Program-made: the position numbers and the translations under genes
The notes under the pieces: model-generated
Database searches by the model: none
What the model was told of the DNA's origin: nothing
Seen by the model: the letters and a program-made list of their open reading frames with translations, nothing else
In this document: positions 34,601 to 42,418 of the stretch, piece by piece
Layout: every line of letters begins with the position of its first letter
Position numbering within the stretch: position 1 is the first letter of the stretch
Assembly (NCBI GenBank): GCA_030682505.1
Contig: JAUXOH010000245.1
Location: forward strand, 1-43,919
From: Candidatus Didemnitutus sp.
GTDB lineage: Bacteria; Verrucomicrobiota; Verrucomicrobiia; Opitutales; Opitutaceae
DNA length: 43,919 nucleotides
Reading direction: 5' to 3'

Positions 34601-37474
34601 GAGCGCGCGCAAAAGGAGTTCCTGACGGAGCAACTGGTCGAGCTGGAGGAGTGCATCCGTGAGCAGAAGGGCAAGATGAGCGGCTCCTCGGATACCCGGA
34701 TGGTGAAGCAGCTTGAGCGGGCGAAAAAGAAACTGGAAGGGAAGATCAAAACGATGGCGGCGGTGCATCGGAAAGACGACACGCTCACGTTTGAGGAGAT
34801 CGGCGTGGACCGGCTCTTCATCGACGAAGCCCAGGCGTTCAAAAATCTGTTCTACGTGACGAAGATGACCCGCGTGGCCGGACTGCCACAGACGGCTTCG
34901 GAGCGGGCGTTCGATATGTTCCTCAAGGTTCAGCACGTTCAGCGGATGAACAGTGGCGCGGGCGTCGTGTTTGCCACGGGCACCCCGGTGACGAACACGA
35001 TGGCGGAGATGTTCACGATGCAGCGTTACCTACAGATGGAGGTGCTACGCCGGCAGCACTTGCAGCATTTCGACGCCTGGAGCGGGTCGTTCGGCGAAAC
35101 GGTGTCAGCGATGGAGCTGGCCCCGGACGGCGCCGGCTACCGGCTCAACACCCGCTTCGCGCGATTCGTGAATGTGCCGGAGCTGATGCACCTGTTCCGG
35201 CAGACCGCGGATGTCCAGACCGCGGACATGCTCAAGCTCCCGGTGCCGGAGCTGGAGGGTGGCAAACCGCAGGTTATCCGGGCGCCCGCGACGCCCGAGT
35301 TGAAGGGTTTTGTCCAATCCCTCGCCAAGCGGGCGGAGAAATTGAAGACCGGCCTCGTCGATCCGAAGGAGGACAACATGCTCAAGATCACCGGGGAGGG
35401 CCGCAAGGCGGCGCTCGACCTGCGGATCATGCGTCCGGCCACGCCGGATCATCCCGAGTCCAAGGCGAATCTCGCCGTCCGGGAAATCTACAGCATCTGG
35501 CAGGCGACGGGCGAGCAGCGGCTGACCCAGATGGTGTTCTGCGACCTCTCTACTCCGCAGGCGGAAGGCCGCCGGCTGTCGGTCTATCAGGACATCAAGG
35601 CCAAGCTGGTCTCGCTCGGAGTGCCGGCGGACGATATCCAGTTCATCCAAGACCATGATTCCGACGCGGCGAAGACCTCCCTATTCAAGGACGTCCGCAG
35701 CGGTCGGGTCCGCATCCTCATGGGCTCGACCCAGAAGATGGGGGCCGGGACGAACGTGCAGGCGAAGCTGGTGGCGCTGCACCACCTCGACGCGCCGTGG
35801 CGGCCGGCAGACATCGAGCAGCGTGAGGGACGCATCCGCCGGCAGGGCAATACCAACGCTACGATCAAAATCTTCCGCTACGTTACCGAGGGCAGTTTCG
35901 ACGCCTACATGTGGCAAACCCTCGAAACGAAGGCAAAGTTCATCTCGCAGGTAATGACGGGCGAAACGACGGCCCGGCGCATCGAGGATCTGGACGCACC
36001 GGCCCTAACGTATGCGGAGGTCAAGGCCATAGCCTCCGGCAATCCGATGATTGTGGAGAAGGCGAAGGCGGATGCCGAGGTCATGAAACTCTCGCGGCTC
36101 CGGGCCGAGCACGCCGAAAGTCAGTTCTCCCACCGCGGCCGGGTGCGGGTGATGGAGCAGGATGTGGCCCGGCTGGAGCGGCAGCTGGTCGCCACGGAGA
36201 AGGACGTGGTCGCGCGCCAGGACACCCAGGGCGACAAATTCAGGATCGTGCTCGACGGGGAGGTTTTCACCGACCGGGTGAAAGCAGGGTCGGCGCTGAT
36301 CTATCTGGTGGAGGACCACCGCACCGACCACCTGCTGGGCCGGCCCTCGCCGGCCGTGCTGGGCGAGTTTGCCGGCTTCAAACTCGAGTATCGTTCAACC
36401 TTGGCGGACAAGGTGACACTGCGCGGGGCCTCGGAGTATGTCGCCACCGTATCGCCGTCCCCGGTAGGGACAATCGGCTCGCTGGAGCACGCGGCCCGGT
36501 CAGTGGAGGACCAACTCCAGCGCACCCGCCAGGAGATCGCCCGGACGAGAAGCGAGCTGGGAGAATTGGCCAAGCTGGCCGGCGGGGTGTGGGAGCACGA
36601 GGAACACTACCGCACGCTCATCAAACGGCAGGCGGAGCTGGTGGACGCGTTGGATCTGACGAAGAATCAGGCCGCCGGGCAACTTGCCACGGAATCGGAG
36701 GAGACGGAAACCGTTGCCAGTCCGAGCCCGGAAGAAGAAGCCTCCGAAGAGGCCGGAATTGAAGCGGCGGGGCCGGCGGCAACGCCGGAGTATTTTGAAG
36801 ATCAGGCACCGGAATTACAGGCCCAACAGCGCGCCCGGCGACGGGCGGAGATTGAAGCCATCGGCCGCATGGAGTTTCCCGTTGCCGCCATGTTCGACGG
36901 CAAGTCCGTCACCATTCTCGGTCCCGTTGATCGTTTCTCCCCCTACAAGGAACAGGCCACGGGCAAGGAAGACCCCTTTCAACTCATGGTGCAGCCGTCG
37001 AAGGGCAAGCGATTCATCACCCTTGCGAGCGGCCTCCAGGTGAACGGCAAGCCGCTCGTGACGCGGGTGCTGCCGATGCGGGAGAAGCCGAATCCCTTTG
37101 TCGTTGCCGGACCACGCGGAAAGCCGGCGAAGACGCACCCGAAAACCAAAGCGGCACCCGCGACCGCGAAGGTCCCCTGCAAGTCCCTTCCACCTGAATT
37201 GATGTCGCCGCAGCAATTCAAGGCGGCGGGACTCGGCCCGGCCAATGATGCGATTGTCCTGAAGGCCGCGCGCCAGAGTAAACCGGTTTCGGCGCTGGCC
37301 GTGGACGAATACAATCTCAGCACTTCGCTCCCGAAAGGATATGTGCGCGAGGGCGAGCGCTTTGTATTCAAGGCGTCGCGAAGCGCGCGGTCGGAGCGGA
37401 CCAAGACGGAATTGGCTGAAACGATCTGTCACCCGGCCGCTCGCAGTCCGTCGAAGATGCGGATGAGCGCCTGA
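31622..37474 (+). CDS. DarB-like N6-adenine methyltransferase / SNF2-type helicase fusion (1950 aa)
   Basis: YTGWGG, NAHYTS, VLEPACGLG (motif I), ISNVPFG (motif IV), YLSGNVREKL, AHVVGAGKT, FIDEAQAFKN, FATGTP, WRPADIEQREGRIRRQGN. Confidence 0.93.
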   Translation: MAQKKQTEQLDFLGHLTHERTPDLRTNGGNTLAGTSPADGGGTGGGKPPAGGVAGRAGTDDGGHGAADPAIHAPGTDAAAGARPGLGAGAGEIHPAAAGSEGVARNAANYRITDADRLGEGPLRRKFEQNVAALELLFQIEAERRGATDAEKAVLVKYTGWGGLPQVFATPAEAPGWEKEQKRLKELLEPASFDSARATVLNAHYTSPTVIRAMYAAVSRLGFTHGRVLEPACGLGHFFGLMPEEMASRSQLTGVEIDRVTARLTALLYPDAEIHPQPFEETTLPTNSFDLAISNVPFGDYSPFDPKLNRRKFKIHDYFFVAAAERVRAGGLIAFITTRGTLDKQYPHLREAVAQQCDLVAAIRLPNTAFKKNANTEVTTDIVILRKRASGEKPTGPAWQESRPVPGGTEGKPIFLNEYYHERPAMMLGKLEQVEHGMYGRDEVTLEPDGRELGEALAAAIVDLPEGIYRPLTEAQAAAQRQTIPVPPGVKPNAYVLTDHGGGGIAVREGEELRLLTELSPMTARRIRRLIHVRDAARECLQLQVADRPEPELAASRFKLNQVYDYFVGQFGAISQSANSRVFAGDPDMPLLLSLENYDEASNTAAKTAIFRERTIQRRAAVTSVGGAKEALVVTLSERGRVDLEHIGRLLGKPEAEFLPELQGAIFHNPVTKRWESDDEYLSGNVREKLAVAERVAREDERYRLNAEALREVQPADLKATEIDARLGAAWIPAEDVVAFGQEILRVHGRHDVRVSHVPQFALWTVEVSHYAKTGVANKSEWGTARVTAHELLEAALNLRTPTVYDYDEEKKPHVNAVATEAAREKQQKLKDRFAEWIWQDDARRERLVAFYNREYNHTRLRIFSGEHLTLPGASPAITLRPHQKAGIWRVLQTPNALLAHVVGAGKTFTMAAAAMELKRLGLARKPMFVVPNHMLGQFSTELLTLYPGANVLVAGKDDFASARRRELMGRIATNNWDAVIVTHSGFERLPMSERAQKEFLTEQLVELEECIREQKGKMSGSSDTRMVKQLERAKKKLEGKIKTMAAVHRKDDTLTFEEIGVDRLFIDEAQAFKNLFYVTKMTRVAGLPQTASERAFDMFLKVQHVQRMNSGAGVVFATGTPVTNTMAEMFTMQRYLQMEVLRRQHLQHFDAWSGSFGETVSAMELAPDGAGYRLNTRFARFVNVPELMHLFRQTADVQTADMLKLPVPELEGGKPQVIRAPATPELKGFVQSLAKRAEKLKTGLVDPKEDNMLKITGEGRKAALDLRIMRPATPDHPESKANLAVREIYSIWQATGEQRLTQMVFCDLSTPQAEGRRLSVYQDIKAKLVSLGVPADDIQFIQDHDSDAAKTSLFKDVRSGRVRILMGSTQKMGAGTNVQAKLVALHHLDAPWRPADIEQREGRIRRQGNTNATIKIFRYVTEGSFDAYMWQTLETKAKFISQVMTGETTARRIEDLDAPALTYAEVKAIASGNPMIVEKAKADAEVMKLSRLRAEHAESQFSHRGRVRVMEQDVARLERQLVATEKDVVARQDTQGDKFRIVLDGEVFTDRVKAGSALIYLVEDHRTDHLLGRPSPAVLGEFAGFKLEYRSTLADKVTLRGASEYVATVSPSPVGTIGSLEHAARSVEDQLQRTRQEIARTRSELGELAKLAGGVWEHEEHYRTLIKRQAELVDALDLTKNQAAGQLATESEETETVASPSPEEEASEEAGIEAAGPAATPEYFEDQAPELQAQQRARRRAEIEAIGRMEFPVAAMFDGKSVTILGPVDRFSPYKEQATGKEDPFQLMVQPSKGKRFITLASGLQVNGKPLVTRVLPMREKPNPFVVAGPRGKPAKTHPKTKAAPATAKVPCKSLPPELMSPQQFKAAGLGPANDAIVLKAARQSKPVSALAVDEYNLSTSLPKGYVREGERFVFKASRSARSERTKTELAETICHPAARSPSKMRMSA
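31674..31931 (+). CDS. TnpV-like protein (85 aa) nested in another frame within the methylase-helicase 5' end
   Basis: YGRMAETHWREHRPRMVAEL...AWELVREKYI resembles the TnpV consensus (YGRM..YLKEHRP...AEEIV..ELI). Confidence 0.7.
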   Translation: MRELLIYGRMAETHWREHRPRMVAELEEENRLQAALLDAQEQTTADMERLIRQFTRQGLTPQQAHDQAWELVREKYILLPPEAKE

Positions 37475-37478
37475 TCGT

Positions 37479-37871
37479 ATGCCTGCACGATCCAGACTCG
37501 ACGACATCGACCGCTTGACCGAAGGGGAACGGTTGGCGCGGATCTGCGCCCTTCTGTGCAAGGCCATCGCGCAGAGTGATGCTCAGCGGGTCGTAGAGGT
37601 GTCCGGGGAGGATGCGCCCGGCCCCTCACCGCGTGGGTCTGATATGCCCGCACACCCCAACGACGTCCGAGTCATCCAATACCTCACGTTGATCGGCGAG
37701 GCCGGCCCTGAGCAGATTCGTGCCACCCTGAACCTTACCCGGTGGGAAAAAGACCAAGCCCTGCGAAGATTGGTCCAGGAAGGGCGAATCGCCGCCCATG
37801 GACAGACCCGCAAACTCACCTATCGGCTGAGTCATCAGCCGGCTCATGTGGCCCATCTGGGTCGAAATTGA
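37479..37871 (+). CDS. Small protein with a C-terminal winged HTH, upstream of the recombinase
   Basis: RVIQYLTLIGEAGPEQIRATLNL...ALRRLVQEGRIAAHGQTRKLTYRL. Confidence 0.7.
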   Translation: MPARSRLDDIDRLTEGERLARICALLCKAIAQSDAQRVVEVSGEDAPGPSPRGSDMPAHPNDVRVIQYLTLIGEAGPEQIRATLNLTRWEKDQALRRLVQEGRIAAHGQTRKLTYRLSHQPAHVAHLGRN

Positions 37872-37882
37872 CCCGCCGTGCC

Positions 37883-40000
37883 ATGAAAAATCCTCCTGTC
37901 GCAGCGACTGTATCCAACTCGGAGGTGCCGGTAGCCATTTACACCCGCGTCTCCACGGACAACCAGGTTGGCGGGCGGTTCGATTCACTGGAAAGCCAGG
38001 CGACCATCTGCCGCGACGTCATCAGCAAGCGCGCGGCCGATGGCTGGCATGAGGTCGCCTGCTTTACCGACGCCGCATATTCCGGTGGGACGATGGACCG
38101 GCCGGGCATTCGGGCGTTGAAGCGACAGATCGAGGCCGGTGAGGTTAAAGTCGTGCTCATCTACAAGCTGGAGCGGGTGCTAAGGTCGACGGACGAATGG
38201 GTTCCATTTCGCGCGTTTCTGTTGAAGCACGGCTGCCGGCTAGAAAGCGCCACTGAGGACCTTTCTGAGGCGACCGCCTCGGGTCGGCTGAAGAACAACG
38301 TCCTGATGAGCGTCGCCGAATACGAAAGGCAGAACACTGCAGAAAAGACCCGGGCCAAAATGGAGCAGCAGGCGAAGAAGGGCTATTGGAACGGAGGAAT
38401 GGTTCCGTTTGGGTATGCCTATGACGAAAAAGCCCAGACGCTGCATCCCGATCCGGTCGATGCACCTATCGTCCGGCGCATTTTCGAGCACGCAGCGACC
38501 CTAGGTTCATTGACAGAACTGGCCAACACGCTGAACGGCGAGGGACGGCGCACCAAGGAACGGGTTTTTAACCGGCGCGAAGGGAGCCAACAGACAGTTG
38601 GGGGGCGACTGTTCCGGTCTGATGGACTGCGCTTGATCGTGCGTAATGTCATCTACCGGGGCGCGGTGAAGTTTGCCGGCCACGAATATGCCGCGCGCCA
38701 TGAGCCTCTCGTGCCGCCGGAACTTTGGGAGCGGGCCAATGCCGCAGTCTTGAAAACGGAACCGCGGGCGGCGGATCTCATCGTCGAGCGTGACCGGCAT
38801 ACCAATCTGTTGAAGGGACTCGCATGGTGCGGCCATTGTCAGCGGGCGATGGTTCCACATCAGAGCGGAAAACCAAATGCCACCGGGAAACCTTACCGCT
38901 ATTATTATTGTGGCTATGTCATGCGCGAACGCCGGCCCGATGCCTGCGCTGTCGGGCGTCTCTCTGCGGACGGGTTGGAACGGGCCGTGATCGGTTTCCT
39001 AAGCGAAGTCGGGAAGCATCCCAAATTAATTGCCGGTGTGGTTGACGAGTCGCGCAGCCGGAACCGGGGGGATCGCCATGCTTTGCGGGCAGACCTGGAG
39101 AAATCCGAGGCCGCACTGAAGAAAGCGGCGGGGGAGCTGTCCAATTGCGTGGATGCGGTGGCGAAAGGTGGACTCGATGTTCTGGGCGATGCGCTGACGC
39201 GGCGCGTCCAGGAATTGCGCTACCAGCACCAGCAACTGACGAATGAGTGCCAACAGCGGCGGCAGGCATTGGTGGCGTGCGAGACTGCTATTTATGATGA
39301 GCAACGCATCCGCCAGTCCATCGAACAGCTCGGCACACTCCTCCCGCGACTCTCCCCGGAAGAGCGAAAGGAGCTGGTTCGGCTGTTCGTTCTGCGGGTC
39401 GAACTGCGCAACCCGACGACGCGGACGCAACGGACGGACCTGGGCGAGGCGCAGGACCGGCGGCTGGCCTTGAAGATCAAATTGAGCCTCCCCGAACTGG
39501 TTCAGGGGGTTGAGACCCGTGACCAATTGAGTTCCGGCTGGGCGAGCCGGCAGCGGCCCATCGCGGCCCGAGGTGTCAGTTTTGACGCGAGGGTGGATTT
39601 TACCCACGCCATGCAAGGGGAGGTTACGATCCTGACACCCTTCCAGCAGGTGTTCCGAAACGGTGCCATAGTGCCGCGCAAGGCTTCACCCGAGCCCAAG
39701 GTGCAACACGCCATTGTGCGCGCCCGCAAATGGCAGCAGATGTTGGAAGCCGGCAAGGTGGCCAATCGCGTCGCGCTGGCGAAACAGCTTGGGATCACTC
39801 CGGGAGCCGTGACTCGGATACTTAAACTTTTGGAAGTGATGCCGGATATACAGCGGTTCCTTGAGTCCCTGAACACGAAGCAGGCCAACCGGCATTTCAC
39901 CATTAAGAAGGTCGGCAGTCTCGCGTGCTTGCCTCCTTCCGAGCAACTTATCGAGTTTAGAAAGATGCGCGCAGCCTTCGCGCCGCGCATGGGCGCGTAG
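37883..40000 (+). CDS. Large serine recombinase (integrase; 705 aa) with an extra C-terminal HTH
   Basis: AIYTRVST catalytic motif, SGGTMDRPG, GGMVPFGY, HEPLV, zinc ribbon CGHC...YYYC...C, coiled coil. Start reset to 37883. Confidence 0.93.
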   Translation: MKNPPVAATVSNSEVPVAIYTRVSTDNQVGGRFDSLESQATICRDVISKRAADGWHEVACFTDAAYSGGTMDRPGIRALKRQIEAGEVKVVLIYKLERVLRSTDEWVPFRAFLLKHGCRLESATEDLSEATASGRLKNNVLMSVAEYERQNTAEKTRAKMEQQAKKGYWNGGMVPFGYAYDEKAQTLHPDPVDAPIVRRIFEHAATLGSLTELANTLNGEGRRTKERVFNRREGSQQTVGGRLFRSDGLRLIVRNVIYRGAVKFAGHEYAARHEPLVPPELWERANAAVLKTEPRAADLIVERDRHTNLLKGLAWCGHCQRAMVPHQSGKPNATGKPYRYYYCGYVMRERRPDACAVGRLSADGLERAVIGFLSEVGKHPKLIAGVVDESRSRNRGDRHALRADLEKSEAALKKAAGELSNCVDAVAKGGLDVLGDALTRRVQELRYQHQQLTNECQQRRQALVACETAIYDEQRIRQSIEQLGTLLPRLSPEERKELVRLFVLRVELRNPTTRTQRTDLGEAQDRRLALKIKLSLPELVQGVETRDQLSSGWASRQRPIAARGVSFDARVDFTHAMQGEVTILTPFQQVFRNGAIVPRKASPEPKVQHAIVRARKWQQMLEAGKVANRVALAKQLGITPGAVTRILKLLEVMPDIQRFLESLNTKQANRHFTIKKVGSLACLPPSEQLIEFRKMRAAFAPRMGA

Positions 40001-40054
40001 CATAACAGGCCCCACATCAACCATTGCAGGTCGGCGGCGGCGACCGTGCGCTGC

Positions 40055-42130
40055 TTATCCGCTTTTTTGTTCCGCTTTGACATTGCTCATTACTTGGCGC
40101 TTTTGCGGTGAACCGCTTGGCGCACGGAGCAACCGGAGCGCGTTGGCGACGACAAGTAATGTCGCGCCGGTGTCGGCTAGAATTGCCAGCCAAAGACTGG
40201 CGTGGCCGATCAGCGTTAGAACTAGGAAAATGGCCTTCAGACCCAGTGCGAAGGTGATGTTGAACCGGATGATCCCCATGGTGCGACGACCCAGCCGGAT
40301 CGTCTCGGCGATCTTGCCGAGATCGTCCTTCATCAGGGCGATGTCGGCGGTTTCAATCGCCGCATCGGTGCCCGCTACGCCCATGGCGATGCCGATATTG
40401 GCCGTCGCCATTGCCGGCGCATCGTTCACGCCGTCACCGACCATGCCCACGATACCGTATTTTTCACGGAGCGCTTTGACGGCGGCAACCTTGTCGTCAG
40501 GCAAAAGGTCGCCTCGCGCCTCGTCGATTCCAACCTGACGGGCAATGAAGTCCGCGGTGCGTTGGTTGTCGCCGCTAAGCATGATTACCTGTTCCACGCC
40601 GGCCGCATGCAACGCGGCAATGGAATCCTTGGCGTCGGAGCGCAGGGTGTCGCCAATCGCGATGATCCCGAGCACTTCGCCCTGACAGCCATCGTGCGGC
40701 CGATGCCCGACGACCACCACGGATTGACCCTTCTCCTCGATGGCGGCGAGCCGCCGTTCGATCTCATCACTGCAGACGCCGAGTTCGTGCGCGAAACGAT
40801 GATTGCCGACGAAATAGGGATGACCTTCCACGGTCCCCTCCGCGCCACGTCCGCTGCGGTTCTGATAGTTTTCCGCGCGATGAAAGCTGACCTGCTTTTC
40901 ACTGGAGTAAGCCACCACCGCCTTGGCGAGAGGATGGGCCGAATGATCGTCAATGGCAGCGGCGATGCGGAGCACATCGGCTTCGGTGGGGGCGTTGACC
41001 AAATCGACCCCCTGAACCTTTGGCTTTCCCTCGGTTATCGTCCCCGTCTTATCCACCGCCAATCCCTTGAGACGACCGATGGTTTCAAGGTGGGCACCAC
41101 CCTTCACCAGCACACCCCGTTTGGCCAGCGCCGTGAGACCGGCGACGATGCTGACCGGCGTGGAAATTACCAATGCGCACGGACAGGCAATGATCAGCAG
41201 CACGCAGGCGCGATACAACCAGATGTTCCAGTCGCCGTTCATGAACACCGGCGGAACCAGAAAGATCAGAAAGGCGACCACCGTCACCGCGGGCGTATAA
41301 TAGCGGGCGAACACGTCCACAAAGCGCTGGGTGGGGGCTTTCTGTTCCTGCGCTTCCGCGACCAGCCGGATGATGCGGGCCAGCGTGGTGTCCCCGGCGG
41401 CCTTCGTGACCTTGATCTCTAGGGAACCCTCTCCGTTGATTGTCCCGGCGAAGACCGTGTCGCCGGGCTTCTTGTCCACGGGCACGGATTCGCCCGTGAT
41501 CGGTGCCTGGTTGACGGCGGATTCGCCCGCCAGCACCTCCCCATCGAGAGGAATGCTCATGCCGGATTTCGTCGCCACGGTCTCGCCCAGCGAGATCTGA
41601 TCGACGGACACCTCCGTAAACCGTCCATCCCGTTTCACCATGGCCACCTTCGGCGCCAGTTCCAGCAGGGCCTCGGTGGCCCGGCGCGCACGGCGATCAG
41701 CCCAGCCCTCCAGCCATTCTGCCACGCCAAAGAGAAAAACGACGGCCGAAGCCTCCACCCATTCACCGATCACTGATGCACCGATGGCCGCGATGACGAC
41801 CAGTAGGTTAATATCTGGTCGCATCTGTCGAGCAGCCTTCCAAGCCTTGGGCAATAGAAACCAACCGCCCGCCGCCATGGCCGAGAGAGAAATCCCCGCA
41901 ACCATCGAACCCGGAGCTTTGCCCCAAAGGCTAATCAAGCCTGCCAATACCAACACTCCGGAAATCACGAGACTGATTGATTCCACACGACTACTCTCAT
42001 GCGTGTGGCCCTCATGGTCAGCGTGGCCTTCGTCGTCATCGTGGGCATGTCCGGCTGGCGCATCGTGACCCGTTCCGGGTTGTGGCTTCTCGCGTCCATC
42101 GTTTTTTGGAGAGTTGTCGGATGTTTTCAT
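40055..42130 (-). CDS. cadA: P1B-type heavy-metal ATPase (Zn/Cd/Pb; CadA/ZntA-like) with a His-rich N-terminus (691 aa)
   Basis: TGES, CPCALVISTP, DKTGTIT, HP, GDGVNDAP, plus K in TM7 and ADTG in TM8 as in P1B-2. Start reset to 42130. Confidence 0.93.
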   Translation of the reverse strand: MKTSDNSPKNDGREKPQPGTGHDAPAGHAHDDDEGHADHEGHTHESSRVESISLVISGVLVLAGLISLWGKAPGSMVAGISLSAMAAGGWFLLPKAWKAARQMRPDINLLVVIAAIGASVIGEWVEASAVVFLFGVAEWLEGWADRRARRATEALLELAPKVAMVKRDGRFTEVSVDQISLGETVATKSGMSIPLDGEVLAGESAVNQAPITGESVPVDKKPGDTVFAGTINGEGSLEIKVTKAAGDTTLARIIRLVAEAQEQKAPTQRFVDVFARYYTPAVTVVAFLIFLVPPVFMNGDWNIWLYRACVLLIIACPCALVISTPVSIVAGLTALAKRGVLVKGGAHLETIGRLKGLAVDKTGTITEGKPKVQGVDLVNAPTEADVLRIAAAIDDHSAHPLAKAVVAYSSEKQVSFHRAENYQNRSGRGAEGTVEGHPYFVGNHRFAHELGVCSDEIERRLAAIEEKGQSVVVVGHRPHDGCQGEVLGIIAIGDTLRSDAKDSIAALHAAGVEQVIMLSGDNQRTADFIARQVGIDEARGDLLPDDKVAAVKALREKYGIVGMVGDGVNDAPAMATANIGIAMGVAGTDAAIETADIALMKDDLGKIAETIRLGRRTMGIIRFNITFALGLKAIFLVLTLIGHASLWLAILADTGATLLVVANALRLLRAPSGSPQKRQVMSNVKAEQKSG

Positions 42131-42408
42131 AAAAGCGGGCGGGCCTTGGCTTCGTTGCCGGTGCGGAAGCGACGCATCCGCCACCAGAACCGGATCGCCT
42201 CGAAACCGGCCCCCAACATGAAGCCGGCGACTCCGGTTCCCATCATTATGAACATGTTTGGTTTTAAGCACAGTTCGATACCCAATCCGACGATCCACCC
42301 GACGACAATGCCGGCGAGGATGCCAGTCATGGCGTATTCCGGTTTTGGAACGCGCTGGCGTCGTTTGCCTCGCAACTGGTAAGCTGTCTTCATCGCATGG
42401 TCAGTCAT
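42127..42408 (-). CDS. Small two-TM membrane protein
   Basis: Two Gly-rich hydrophobic helices; stop overlaps the ATPase start. Start is 42408 or 42393. Confidence 0.6.
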   Translation of the reverse strand: MTDHAMKTAYQLRGKRRQRVPKPEYAMTGILAGIVVGWIVGLGIELCLKPNMFIMMGTGVAGFMLGAGFEAIRFWWRMRRFRTGNEAKARPLL

Positions 42409-42418
42409 TTTACGCCGG

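Larger units (their letters stand above)
1..40000. mobile_element. Integrative conjugative element (MOBF relaxase, VirB-like T4SS, VirD4, type IV filament module, large serine recombinase); boundaries approximate
   Basis: Relaxase, coupling protein, VirB4/6/8/9/10 and a terminal large serine recombinase occur together, and no replication initiator was recognised. att sites were not identified; the left end may lie outside the window. Confidence 0.85.

Noticed and set aside
31622-37474. Restriction-modification, BREX or DISARM defence system
   Set aside because: No specificity subunit, restriction nuclease partner, PglZ or DrmAB genes. The domain order matches DarB-like ICE proteins.
40001-40054. 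attR site or terminator after the recombinase
   Set aside because: Only a weak GGTCG/CGACC stem; no matching second att half or tRNA target is visible in the window.
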